A stretch of 64,000 nucleotides of DNA from Schizochytrium sp. TIO01 (Eukaryota > Protista > Bigyra: Labyrinthulomycetes). Positions within the stretch are counted from its first letter, which is position 1; each line of letters opens with the position of its first letter. The notes beneath the pieces were generated by a model. It did not search any database. It was not told where the DNA came from and saw only the letters and a program-made list of their open reading frames with translations. This document shows positions 22,401 to 32,541 of the stretch, in pieces. Location of the stretch: NCBI GenBank assembly GCA_004764695.1, contig SMSO01000032.1:7410483-7474482 (forward strand), given 5' to 3'. The translations under genes and the position numbers were made by a program.

Positions 22401-25400
22401 GTAACGGAAGTGCCAGCAGTAACGTTAGTGAGTTAAGTCTAGAAAACCTTGCGATTGCTTCAAATGTAATTCGTGTGGTTGCATTTGCTCTGTACTATAA
22501 TGAAGTACAGGGTGATGGTCAGGCCTATCTTATGTCTCTTTTAATTGGCTCAGAGTGTATGCCAGTTCGTACTCGTCAACTCATGAAACCTGCAGAGACA
22601 TATCTGGGCGCAGAAGCAACGGGTGGCTTCTCAAGCCTTCCTGTAGCTGCTTTGTGCGAAGCTCTTGAGGATGGAACTTATGTCATAAATGAAGCGGTTC
22701 CCAAAGACCAGGCTGTGGTCCGATTGATGAAGCAATTACACGTTAAACAACATGTAGATCTAGCGTTTGTGTTCGAGGAGTTTAACAAGGGTTCACTAGG
22801 CTGGAACAGACAAGAGATTCTTCACTACATTGCTGGCCTTCGGCATAAATTAGATCAAAACGAGATGAAGCGGCTCCAGCGAATGTGTTTTCTTCCTAAA
22901 GTCGAAGTCCGCGATGGAGGAAAAGCGTACCCCTCTTTGCAGTCTTTTGATGCCTCCACATTGCATTTTCCTAATCCTGAGATTGCTAGTCTTGGGGTGC
23001 CAATGGTATACGCTGTTGTTGAGGAGGGTCTAGCATTTGATTCAGAAGAAGGAAAAGACACAACTAAGGGAGGCTCTGCAACTACGGCACGCTCGTTCTT
23101 CGATGTGACAGCCGAGAAAATGGACAATGCAACACAACTCCTTCTCAAGGAACTCGGTGTTCATACCCATCCATCGCTTGAGGTTGTTCTCCATCGTGCT
23201 GCTTCCGGGCCTGACGAAAAGTCGCGCCAGGCAGCCCTGTGGTATTTGGTGAAACATTTTGAGATCTATCGCAAAGACTATTCTACTCGAGTCCGTCTTG
23301 CATTCATCCCATGTACTGATGGCAAGCTTTACCATCCTCTACGTTGCTTTACGGACCCCCAGGTTGCATTCTTAACGCACCCGTGCGTTGACGATAATTT
23401 CTTACCGGCTAAATATGCTCGACTCTTGGGTGTTCGCGAAAGCCCATCTTCAGAAGAAATTATGCAAGCTCTTGTTCGCTCCCCACCAGAAATCAAGGTA
23501 GCATCGAAGGTATTCGAGTACGTTGCGACACTTCTCCCTTCCATGCAGCGTTCACATCTTCACGAGCTGAGTAGTAAGCCAATCATTCCCTTACAATCTG
23601 ACCAAGGGCAAGTGCAGTATAAGTCCCCTCGCACAGTTTACTTCCGTCCCCGGTCCAAGGCGAGGGGTAGGTATGAAGGTCTTTTCCCTTACGTTTTGTA
23701 TGAGTCGGATGCAGCAAATATGTTCTTGCGGTCTGTGGGTGTACGTGATGAGCCTACCGTAGATGAACTCGCTGCGCTGCTTTCAAACAGCGAGCAAGCA
23801 GAGCGACACTTTCAGAGAGAAGGACCTGCAGCATACCTTCAGGTATTACGGTTGCTTGCAGTAGAATGGGGTTCGATATCTGCCACAACTCGCACCAAAA
23901 TGTCTCGTGCGAAATGCCTCATTGGGGTGAAGAGCGTACATATTAGCACAAGAGAGACAGATTCTTCCTCAAACGTAGCTAATCTCAGCGGGGATGATAC
24001 CATGGTTCCTGATGACGACGATGAGGTGATGGAAACTGAAGGTGAGGGTGTTACCTACCATTTGGCTACACCTCGGGAAATCTATATTAATGATCATGCA
24101 GTCATGTATAGAATTTTTGAACCCATGGTTGCACCCTCAGAAGACATCTTCGAACCCATGTATCAAAGTTTGGGAAGCCAGACGCTGTCAACTGCAGTCG
24201 CAATTCGAACTCAGCCTACTCCACCTTATGCTGTCACGGATGCCACAAGGAAGCTTGAAGAGAAAATTCGACGCCGTGTTCAACTATTCTTTTTCAAGCG
24301 CCGCAAATCAGACTTTACATCCGATGCAGATAAATGGATGTCTGTCTTTCACAATCAAAGCAAGTCATTTATTTATGAAGTGCCACATATTACCCGTATG
24401 CTTGAGCTCAATGGAGTTCGCAAAAAAATTAGCGTGACAGCATTCGCTGTGAACGCCCGTAATCGGGCGCTTCTTGTAACTGCCCGATGCTCTGTATCTG
24501 ATTGTGCCTCAGAGTTGTGCAGCGTGCTGCTCCGGAAAAGTACTTTGAATGATAATCTTTTGTGGAGTACGATCATTCAAAGCTCAGACCAGCAGCTACG
24601 TGATCAAGGTTTTCCTGTAGCTCGTAAAGTGAACAATCCACCACCTGTCGCTGTACCTGTCGCACAGCCAGTTGCAACAGAAACAGATTCTTCATCGACG
24701 CAACATGGCAGTAGTGTAGCATCATCTGCAATAGCCAAAACGCTTCAAAACAACGCAGAGAATCCTTCTCAGCCTCAGGAAAGCAAAAGTGAGACAGCTG
24801 TGAAAACACCTTCACCTACCTCTGCGGCAAGTTCATCAAGCCCTGATAATAGCTCTGCGGCAGGATCCAATGCAAAAACACCTCCTGATTCATCAAGCAG
24901 CCCAACTCACGAAGCTTCACCTCCGCCAGCCCCACAAAAACGTCGATCGCTTCGTAATTTACTCGGTTCTGTTTTACCCAAAGGTTCAAGCGGCAGTCTA
25001 GGCAAAGCTGCAGCTGCGGCCGCAGCAGGCCAGGATCTTGATAAACTTAAATCGCTGATTCCTCCGCAAATGCAACAGCAGCTTCAGCAGCAAGCTCAGG
25101 CTCAAGCACACCAAGGTCAATCAACAGTACCTCAAGAAGGGGCACAGGGTGGATCTTCAACAGCAGATCCCCTAGTTAATAGAGCATTTAGAAAACAAGC
25201 GCTTCAATCTGGACTGAATCGTTGTAACCCTGGTGGTAACGCTGATGTAATCCGTTCTGCAGCAAGTGAGCGTGTGATGGCGCCGTTACTGGATGACTTG
25301 CATGAACATAATCTAGTTCGGGTCCCAATTCAGTTCGCTGGTTTGGATTGCTATGTCGAAGAAGGAGCTGGTTCTCCTGATATTTATCAAAAGCGCGCTG

Positions 25401-25828
25401 TTGAAGCCACAGCATTCGCTCAGCTGCTGTTAGGCATTGCTTTTAAGGTTTTTGGTCTTCGTAGCGGTTCAGTTTGTCACTTGTATTACCATCACCAAGG
25501 ACGCACTGCCGCATTCAATCGTGGAGGAGCCTTGTACTTCAATTTCGATGTGTTTTTAAATCAACTTGAGCTGTCAGGATGGGATGTGCATACACTAGTA
25601 GGCTCTGACATGCAGCCTCGATTTGTTCTCCCGCCAGAGGCCATCATCGACTGGTTTGGTGTTTTCGGCCATGAGCTGGCTCATAATCATAAGGGTGAGC
25701 ATGATGCAGAGTTTTCCAATTGGATGATGATGTATTTGACCACGTATGTGGAGAATCTTTCTTCTTATTTAGATCAGATTCGCGTTGCTATACAAACTCA
25801 AGAGCTACCTCGCGCCCTTGAGTTGTAG
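19475..25828 (+). CDS. Sacsin-like GHKL (HATPase_c) protein with DUF3684-like repeats and a C-terminal HExxH domain
   Basis: FRELLQNANDA, NNGMVF, GNPDETKVGFFGVGFYSVFS; repeated FIP...P..xYF...LGV...P units; C-terminal AFNRGGALYFN...GHELAHNHKGEH. Confidence 0.9.
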   Translation: MKARVQGSSNASFEEAVTVNQRGLIDKILARYSTELTLFRELLQNANDAKATELQIRFSGTGYWDDHEETNLARDDSIIGGVTHVKTQDGIGSSKISTGSIAGNAQELNHQQSQQRRRNRAMEDEERSFTGLRLCNNGMVFRSEDWNRIKSIADGNPDETKVGFFGVGFYSVFSLSDEPTVLSGPKALSFHWKKDALFVTHGAPPEARDDDPEEDKIMFKMVQDEGWTVFDLPVRSDPPKPKLPTPKELADFLVRCLTFTTTLELVEVYYDGRRVLSVGRESTSDVTSMRVGSQASMPQGSMFRFQDARTEPLRYAIQHYDRPAPVVVEMMRVLSNFSVHVDESFRAAMFRVTKKNPPRQVGVQLIFDTGKALQTSATAASWKDLESFSPASARGGHFFIGSGVTQQTTGSKCHCNAPFMPTMERNSMDLSDITLATWNRALLWATGFLQRITFEHLCAPDQGVAFQSRIAPPPAARSGLQNGSGEAVSATTRKRNEKLSALFASYDAEEVSQHQQQQKEMQQHHSSTQSSQGAQGEEATGATSVPRNKDTKSLQQEKRIRVLSAMATFAIKETTPVQQVGDIVLAGFYNALKETPYVWTTMGVRRATHARIKDRTGLHEIVYHAASIVDLPSEVPGQTSGSQAAKGLSSVADTLAKQARSAMGFFSSFMGSDSQQTNDSSSVKTRKSEAPIKESLAVLCKRFVKELKQRRLLRELDVRDLAAELQARPLKDNEEVIKLLRWLLTRERTLRQLREEAAADRVTCFCDWCGNQIVVTLEALRRDIQRQKEAAQSQGFFSRVTASLTGGNGNDDIQVSLECSRCQQISFVNPHEVISSLSQVQAATSLPNNKLLGMARTTEGKHLSSYSRFISNTLQKRIKASSDKGMPERLEKAFWSSRSTQQNVLPLRISQEFKDEELYGVAQWVNPLSWQDWCNVCISVARNAPRVQASQNTKAASSTTNADLGQNASADDATIGNGSASSNVSELSLENLAIASNVIRVVAFALYYNEVQGDGQAYLMSLLIGSECMPVRTRQLMKPAETYLGAEATGGFSSLPVAALCEALEDGTYVINEAVPKDQAVVRLMKQLHVKQHVDLAFVFEEFNKGSLGWNRQEILHYIAGLRHKLDQNEMKRLQRMCFLPKVEVRDGGKAYPSLQSFDASTLHFPNPEIASLGVPMVYAVVEEGLAFDSEEGKDTTKGGSATTARSFFDVTAEKMDNATQLLLKELGVHTHPSLEVVLHRAASGPDEKSRQAALWYLVKHFEIYRKDYSTRVRLAFIPCTDGKLYHPLRCFTDPQVAFLTHPCVDDNFLPAKYARLLGVRESPSSEEIMQALVRSPPEIKVASKVFEYVATLLPSMQRSHLHELSSKPIIPLQSDQGQVQYKSPRTVYFRPRSKARGRYEGLFPYVLYESDAANMFLRSVGVRDEPTVDELAALLSNSEQAERHFQREGPAAYLQVLRLLAVEWGSISATTRTKMSRAKCLIGVKSVHISTRETDSSSNVANLSGDDTMVPDDDDEVMETEGEGVTYHLATPREIYINDHAVMYRIFEPMVAPSEDIFEPMYQSLGSQTLSTAVAIRTQPTPPYAVTDATRKLEEKIRRRVQLFFFKRRKSDFTSDADKWMSVFHNQSKSFIYEVPHITRMLELNGVRKKISVTAFAVNARNRALLVTARCSVSDCASELCSVLLRKSTLNDNLLWSTIIQSSDQQLRDQGFPVARKVNNPPPVAVPVAQPVATETDSSSTQHGSSVASSAIAKTLQNNAENPSQPQESKSETAVKTPSPTSAASSSSPDNSSAAGSNAKTPPDSSSSPTHEASPPPAPQKRRSLRNLLGSVLPKGSSGSLGKAAAAAAAGQDLDKLKSLIPPQMQQQLQQQAQAQAHQGQSTVPQEGAQGGSSTADPLVNRAFRKQALQSGLNRCNPGGNADVIRSAASERVMAPLLDDLHEHNLVRVPIQFAGLDCYVEEGAGSPDIYQKRAVEATAFAQLLLGIAFKVFGLRSGSVCHLYYHHQGRTAAFNRGGALYFNFDVFLNQLELSGWDVHTLVGSDMQPRFVLPPEAIIDWFGVFGHELAHNHKGEHDAEFSNWMMMYLTTYVENLSSYLDQIRVAIQTQELPRALEL

Positions 25829-26336
25829 ATGTGTTTCAATGGAAACACGAGGGTCGTGACTTACAAGATAATATAAATGAAATTAAAATGTGGTTCCTTT
25901 ATTTCGAACTAAATTAGATTCAGACATTTTTTTTTTTGCTGGCATGCCAGTATGATGTTTGGTCGAATGCTTCGAAGATTTTTTTTTTCTATAATCTGAC
26001 TGCAGGTTAACTTATCACAACGTGGTTTTTCTAAACATAAAATGCGAATTGAATATAGGCCTGTACGGAGAGAAAGAGAGACAAACTATGCGCTTTGGTA
26101 AAGAAATCCAACAACAAATATATCTTTCAGAGGAAAGCGCAATCTTCCTATAAAGCGGCTTCAAATTGAAAAGAAAAAAGAAAAAAGAAAATCTTGGAAT
26201 AATGAGAGAGACAAATCAAAAGTGAAAGTAGAAATAAAATCTATGCATGCGTTGATTGTGCCTGACCTGATTCAACTTTACTAATGATCAAGTTGTTTAG
26301 GAAAAAAAATATTCATTCTGAACCTTTGACTGATGA

Positions 26337-28016
26337 TTAGTTTAGATCAATTCTTCTTTCTTTCGCAAACTTGTTGATGACACGAACAATATACTCAACT
26401 TGCGGATTAGAGATATTTTTGAGCATCTTGACTACCTCTCCAAGATATTTGGTCTCATAGTCTCCTGAAGCAACCTTAGCAAGAACTCCACAGGCGGCAC
26501 CTCGAAGAGCCTCCCACCACATCGTATGGGCATCACCTTCAAGCCTGTATAAGGTTGAGGCAGCTTTTGCTGCGTAGTAAAATTCCCCTACTTTGTAGCA
26601 GTCATTTGCAATGAGCTCAAGGAGAGCAAAAGAATCTGTTCCACTGTCCATCTTAAGGTAAAGTTCCCACGCCTGTTCTGCACGTTTTGAGCCTCGGATT
26701 TGAGCTCTGGCCAGGTGTGAAAGAAACTCAAAGGAAGATCGGATCTTTTCATCCTGAACGAGCTGTAAGGTATCTTCGGCTTCACGATACTGTCCAGTGT
26801 TACACAGGGATAGTCCATAGTTGTAGTTGAAATCGTCATCATTATACAGGTATGCCTTAATTGAGTTCAGGTAGATGTTCACATCCTCAAATTGCTTGAG
26901 CAAGAAGAAACAGCTGGCCATGCACTGCCGGCCTGGGATAGTGTCACACTCGGAAGCACTTGCGCCAACTAGCTGGAAGAATTGCTGAGCCTTTTTCAAA
27001 TGTTCACGAGACCCCTTGGACTGTCCAATAGACGCGTTGACCACACCTTTAAGAATATATTCCTGCGGGGTCCCAGGTTCGATGTCCTTTATCAGCTCAT
27101 AGGCTTCGTCAATGTCATCGTTTCGGAGGTGGTAGATTACGAGATTGAGTCGTGCCTCAGGCAAGAAGTCAACAAGTCCAGGAAGAACCTTCAAAGCATT
27201 TTCGCCATTACGAAATACCACGAGGTTGTGGCGAATGAGGTCATTATCATGCATGGTATGACCTTGTTCACTCAATGCCTTAAGCTCTGCTTCTGCAGCT
27301 TTTCCATTATACAGCCGAAAGTGATTACAAGCTTTGAGATTGATTGCAATGACACTGTCTGGATGTGCTTGCAAGTAGACAGCAAGAATCTCCAAAGATA
27401 CATCATAGTAGTCCAGCTTGTAATAACACATGGCCACATAGACATTGAGCGCTAGGTCATCACGATGCTGTAAGAGAAGCTGTTTGTAGATATCCGTGGC
27501 CTCTTGGTAGTGATTGCGAAGATAGTGAATGGCTGCAAGACTAAGCTGGTCTTCCTTTGTATCAGCAAGCTTTTGGTGGTAGATCATGAGTTTATTTTCG
27601 TCATTCTGCTTATGGGCGATGTGGAATAGAAGACGATTCTTCAGAGCTGAGTCGGGTCCTTTTAAAGCATCTTCCTCTGCTTCGTCGTACATTTGCAGAT
27701 AGTACATACAGATAGCGATGTATAAGTGAACTTCCTTTCCTGTGGACCCAAAGCGCTGCAAATCTTGGAATGCTTCCAAGGCTTTTTTGTAATCTCCAAG
27801 ATGAGCAGCGCAGTAGCCTAGCCACATACAATTTTCAGCATCGAAATCATCCGAATGCTGGTTGAACTCGAGAAGTGCAATTGCACCCGTGTAGTCTCTT
27901 GATTTAACATATTCCTCTCTCTGCGGTCTTCTTGCTTTGTTCTTTTTCGCCGCTCGGCTTCCGAACCTGGCTCCGCCACTAGAAAGGCTGCCGGGTTTTG
28001 TAGCGTTGAGGAGCAT
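26337..28016 (-). CDS. IFT56: Intraflagellar transport protein 56 (TTC26/DYF-13)
   Basis: RDYTGAIALLEF, EDQLSLAAIHYLRNHYQEA, YYKLDYYDVS, NLKACNHFRLYNGKAAEAELK, VGASASECDTIPGRQCMASCFFL, SNPQVEYI. Confidence 0.97.
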   Translation of the reverse strand: MLLNATKPGSLSSGGARFGSRAAKKNKARRPQREEYVKSRDYTGAIALLEFNQHSDDFDAENCMWLGYCAAHLGDYKKALEAFQDLQRFGSTGKEVHLYIAICMYYLQMYDEAEEDALKGPDSALKNRLLFHIAHKQNDENKLMIYHQKLADTKEDQLSLAAIHYLRNHYQEATDIYKQLLLQHRDDLALNVYVAMCYYKLDYYDVSLEILAVYLQAHPDSVIAINLKACNHFRLYNGKAAEAELKALSEQGHTMHDNDLIRHNLVVFRNGENALKVLPGLVDFLPEARLNLVIYHLRNDDIDEAYELIKDIEPGTPQEYILKGVVNASIGQSKGSREHLKKAQQFFQLVGASASECDTIPGRQCMASCFFLLKQFEDVNIYLNSIKAYLYNDDDFNYNYGLSLCNTGQYREAEDTLQLVQDEKIRSSFEFLSHLARAQIRGSKRAEQAWELYLKMDSGTDSFALLELIANDCYKVGEFYYAAKAASTLYRLEGDAHTMWWEALRGAACGVLAKVASGDYETKYLGEVVKMLKNISNPQVEYIVRVINKFAKERRIDLN

Positions 28017-28851
28017 ATTAATCCTTTACCCTTTCTCCTTGCAGTCCTTCTCTTGGGGGTTGATCCCGTCGACAACTTTAGAGGGCACCCTTTTGAGCGT
28101 CTGCTCTACGTATGTGCGAAGTGTCGTGAGTTCCAGTTTAATACCCAAGCTAAAACCAAAGCAAGGATGGCACTGCAAGACGAGCTCCCCGTCAATTTAT
28201 GGCAGCCCCACGTCAATCGTCGTGCCCTGCCTCTCTATTTGATTCCAATTTATCCTATTTATGGATCCCTTTCAAGCTGATCTACAACTTCTTCGCTTTC
28301 CTCTAAAACCCCATCCCTTCGCTTACTCTCCATACTGTTCAATTCCACGGATATTCGCATTCCATACCTCCCATCAACTCCCAGGTGAACGGTCACATAT
28401 TGCACCATAATCTAGTACCAGTACCTTCAGATGCATGGCTGTCATAAAAAGGCACCTTCTACGCATCTATTATCAATCTCACATTTGTTACCTCCAATAT
28501 ATATCAGTTTAACCCTGGTCTCTGTAATATATAGCAACTACGCCACTAACTACGTGCCATCCACTCACAGTTTGCGAGTCACAAAGTGCGTGATAGTGGA
28601 ATCAGTAAGGGTTTGTTTATCGTAGGGTAAGCTAGCACTTGTGGTAGTAGTGGTGTGCGTGGGGCGTTTACTATGGACCAAAAGCGCCACTCAGTGAAGT
28701 ATAGCTATAGTTCACTGTATATATACAGTAGAGAATAGATCGCGGCAATAGGCAGCGAGTGAGTGGCGCGAAGAAGCTCTGCTCGCTTTCTTTTTCTTTC
28801 GAGGTCGTTGGTTTTACTCTCTTTCACGCACAAAGTAGCTTACGGAGGACT

Positions 28852-29800
28852 GTGAGTGCGAATGATGTATGTATGTATGTATGCATGCGTGTATGAATAT
28901 GCAGGCATACGTGTACAGCTTCGTGCACCATTTCCCCGTCGTTGTCCTTCATTGACTCATTGTCACTCATTTCTGGTTACTACCTATTCTGCGGATCACT
29001 CATTCTTTTTCACTGATGATTCTTACATTGATTGACTTTGGTGATAGTAGTTCTTTCTGTAGATAGAGCTTTATAACTGACCATAAAATACTGTTTGTTT
29101 GTTTGTTTGTTTGTTTGGTTGTTTGTTTGTTTGTTTATTTGTTTGTTTGTTTGTTGTATTTGTTTGTTTGTTTTGGGGTATTTGTTGGTTCATCATTGAG
29201 TCGTCTATTTGTTTATTTATTTGTTTATTTATTTTGTTTATTTATTATTTATTTATCTATTTATTTATATGTTTGTTTGTCTGTTTGTTTATTTGTTTGT
29301 TTGTTTGTTTGTTTGTTTGTTTGTTTGTTTGTTTGTGATGGTAATACACTATGGGAATCTATAACCTATTCCGATTAAAGTATTTTTATTTCTTCATAAA
29401 TGATTGATGCTCAATCATTCATTCACTCTTTCGTTCATAAGAAAGGTAGCTGGCTGGGTGGCTAGCTGGTCAATCTCTGCGTGGAGAGCCCGAGCTTCGC
29501 GACTCGTGCGCAGGCCCCTGACTCGAGTGAGGTGACGACTTTGCGTATTTAGGGAGCGGTTTGGACCGCTTGCTCTTGTGGCATTCTACGTATTGTGTGC
29601 TTGCGTTCGCAGCATCCAGCCGCGTCGGCCTTCATTAGCTGGCTTCCATCCGTCTATCCTTGGGTTCATCCATCGATCGACAATTTCGCCTTCGAAGTCG
29701 ATCGTGCCGAGGCTCGATTAGATCTTATCGATTGTTGAATTGGTATCATTACCAGATCGACATTCACTCACGCATACACTCGCATTGACTGCTGATTTAG
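28852..29800 (+). other. Probable 5'-UTR intron of the eIF4E gene, containing microsatellites
   Basis: GTGAGT donor at 28852 and TGATTTAG acceptor ending 29800, 31 nt before the ATG; contains (GTAT)n and (GTTT)n tracts. Boundaries are inferred. Confidence 0.4.
29092..29336. repeat. Compound (GTTT)n/(ATTT)n microsatellite
   Basis: Directly visible imperfect tetranucleotide array. Confidence 0.97.
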
Positions 29801-29831
29801 ATCTCACGCCGAGAACAAACTAGAGTAGAAA

Positions 29832-30479
29832 ATGACGGACGCTCTCGCAGCTAAGGGCTTTCACCCTCTCCAGAACGCGTGGTGCTTCTGGGAGCACCGC
29901 AAGGGTGGCACCGGAAGCGACTATGGCTCGAAGATGTTCCAGCTTGGTGAGTTCCAGACTGTGGAAGACTTTTGGCGCTTCAAGAACAACCTTCCGCAGC
30001 CGAGTGAGGTTTTCTTCACGCCGCAGTCTGGACACAAGAAGTTTGCGGACCGCGAGATTGATGGCTTTAGCATGTTCAAGAGTGGCATCAGACCTGAGTG
30101 GGAGGACAAGGCCAACCTGTACGGTGGCGAGTTCTTCTGCCGCCAAACCATGGCTCCGGCTCACCTCGATGAAGCTTGGGAGAAGCTGCTGCTCGGCCTC
30201 GTGGGCGAGACCATCGACAGCGGTGATGAGATTTGTGGTGTCCGTGTTGTTGACAAGTCTAAGGGCAACAGGCCCACATACCGTTTGGAGATGTGGTTCC
30301 GGTCCCGTGACAAGGATGTTCTTGAGAACCTTCGCACGCAGCTTCAGAAGTGCCTCGGAGCCAACCTGCTCAAGGAGTACATGGAGCATAACGCTGCCAT
30401 GAACACCCACGGCGCAGGTGCACCCAAGGCTCGGCCCTCCGGACCTGCCGCTGGCGGCAGCAACCGCTCGCTCCGCTGA
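29832..30479 (+). CDS. eIF4E: Translation initiation factor 4E family cap-binding protein
   Basis: HPLQNAWCFW, FQTVEDFWRF, FKSGIRPEWED..N..GG, WEKLLLGLVGE, EICG, RLEMW. Confidence 0.96.
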   Translation: MTDALAAKGFHPLQNAWCFWEHRKGGTGSDYGSKMFQLGEFQTVEDFWRFKNNLPQPSEVFFTPQSGHKKFADREIDGFSMFKSGIRPEWEDKANLYGGEFFCRQTMAPAHLDEAWEKLLLGLVGETIDSGDEICGVRVVDKSKGNRPTYRLEMWFRSRDKDVLENLRTQLQKCLGANLLKEYMEHNAAMNTHGAGAPKARPSGPAAGGSNRSLR

Positions 30480-30706
30480 AGACCCACCCCAGGCGCTGGA
30501 GACCCCGAGTGAATACCATCACTGTCAGTACTCGCTCGTTCGGGGATGCGCTTCGTGTAACCTTTCAGGCCGCTGCACTCACTTACTATTCACGCACTTG
30601 ATCGGTCATTATTGCCAGCTTGGTACCTGCGTGCAAGCACCATTGGAGACTTGAAGAAGAGAAAACCGACTAATCGACCAACGATCAACTTTGATCAAGC
30701 AACTAA

Positions 30707-30770
30707 TCAACCAACCAACCTACCTAACATCCAACCAACCAACTAACCAACCAACTAACCAAATAACCGA
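30707..30770. repeat. Imperfect (CCAA)n microsatellite
   Basis: Directly visible downstream of eIF4E. Confidence 0.85.
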
Positions 30771-31467
30771 CAAAGAAAAATAACATCATCTTATAAGAAC
30801 TAATCTTCCCGCACATTTTTCACGAGGGCCTATTGAAATGCTCATAAATATCCTTGACAACTTGTGTACTTCTTTTAGAATAAAATTGCGTTTCAACTCA
30901 AGTTATCGTTTAATGCCAATCTACCTTATTTCTAAAAATCATACTGCTACAGTTGAATTCCTCTAACATGGAATGGTACTCATGGCATGTTTCCCATCGC
31001 CTCATTATTACCTCCACATCTTAGCTAGGGTGCTTCAGGAAATTCCAGAAAGCACTGCAGTGAACTAAGGCTATAAAATCAATATTGTGATTTCCCAATC
31101 ACAATATAAGGGAAAGAAAATAATCAAACAATCATCATGGCCCTAGTTACTTTTTAGATTCTTCGTTTTAGTTAGTCTGGGATTTTACTTGTACTTTTCA
31201 TCGGAGGACTTTCCAATTTGGGGGAGTAGTTTTAAAACCCAAATTATTAGATCTTTTCACCTTGCGAGTCAATTCGATATGTAATCATGGTATGATTAGA
31301 CCCCTAGTGAATGAAGCTTCCTTAGGAAAGAATTTCACCGTTAGGAGAAACTTCTAATGTGCTTTGATGGCAATTTTCAAACACAGGAGATAGGGTATTA
31401 ACAATAAAACGAGAAGTACATAAATGTGTATGCTTCGTTCACAATTATTTCCCTTAGAAATCGATTT

Positions 31468-32541
31468 CTACATCTTCAATAAAGGAAGGCTTGACTTTGC
31501 AAGCTGTACTTGTAAACGCTCCACAACATGGTGATGGGCTCGTAGAACAGCAAGGTCAATTGCTGCAAACCCATCTCTGTCGCGAAGATGAATGTTTAGA
31601 GGCTCCAAGTTTTGACACTGACGCATTGTATCATTAGACACTAATAGGAGAGACACTACGCAGTCTTCATGACCTGCAATAGCAGCCACCATGAGCGGTG
31701 AAAAACCTGAGATTGGGCAAGTAGAGTTTAAGTCGGCTCCAGCTAAACCAAGAGCTTCGACACAGCGATTGTGGCCTTCTCGGCACGCCACATGTAATGG
31801 GGTAAATTCATCATATCGTGTTCGAAGCTCGGTCTTGGCACCACGCTGAACTAGAAAGAGAGTAGCTTCTTCATCGCCGATTTCACACGTGATATGAAGG
31901 GCTGTGTATCCGTCCGCTCGAGGTTTATTTATGTTGCCTCCATGAGAGAGATATAGCTCCAAAAGATCAAGTCGGCCCAGGGCCGTAGCCCAGTGTATAC
32001 CAGTCCACCCTTCCGAGTCTGCACAATCGGGATCTACGCCAGCCTCAAGCAACGCTGCAATTTGACGCTGGTCCAAAAATTTGCTCGCTCCAGCTACTGT
32101 TTTGCATGGAGGGTGAAACGGCAGTGTCATCGTGCTTGGCAAATAACCCTTAGGTCTTTTGCAGACAACACAAACATCAGAAAACTCGCCATTAGTCTTT
32201 GTGCATAGCGTACATAACCATACATTTTCCTCACTTTCTTGGCGTTTTTGCTGCTTGTTAGAAACAAAAGGTTTGAGATTTAAATTGTTTAATTGTTCGT
32301 CAGACTTTGAGTCTTCTTCGCCACCTTCTTCGTCGCTGGATTCTTCAAAATTAAAGGATGTGGTAAGCAGTCTCCTGCTACTTCCACGATCAGCCAAACT
32401 TAAGTTTCCTTTTCTGCTCTGCCCCCTTTCGACGGTTATGGCACGTCCTTCGGGTTCTTCCGGTTGAAGAAGATCCTTTCTTGACGCGTGGTTCCCCGAC
32501 AAAAGAGCTTTGCGAGATGAATGTGCTCTGCCAAGCTGCAT
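31468..32541 (-). CDS. RanBP2-type zinc finger + ankyrin repeat protein
   Basis: WLCTLCTKTNGEFSDVCVVC fits W-x-C-x2-C-x3-N-x6-C-x2-C; ankyrin repeats GWTGIHWA, GYTALHIT, TPLHVACREGH, SPLMVAAIAGH. First ATG is 32541 (track start 32799 is GTG). Confidence 0.92.
   Translation of the reverse strand: MQLGRAHSSRKALLSGNHASRKDLLQPEEPEGRAITVERGQSRKGNLSLADRGSSRRLLTTSFNFEESSDEEGGEEDSKSDEQLNNLNLKPFVSNKQQKRQESEENVWLCTLCTKTNGEFSDVCVVCKRPKGYLPSTMTLPFHPPCKTVAGASKFLDQRQIAALLEAGVDPDCADSEGWTGIHWATALGRLDLLELYLSHGGNINKPRADGYTALHITCEIGDEEATLFLVQRGAKTELRTRYDEFTPLHVACREGHNRCVEALGLAGADLNSTCPISGFSPLMVAAIAGHEDCVVSLLLVSNDTMRQCQNLEPLNIHLRDRDGFAAIDLAVLRAHHHVVERLQVQLAKSSLPLLKM

Noticed and set aside
29099-29378. Hydrophobic FVCL-repeat ORFs
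   Set aside because: Translations of the (GTTT)n microsatellite.
31082-31107. Perfect 11-bp hairpin ATATTGTGATT-TCCC-AATCACAATAT
   Set aside because: A single AT-rich inverted repeat with no other support; plausible by chance in 64 kb.
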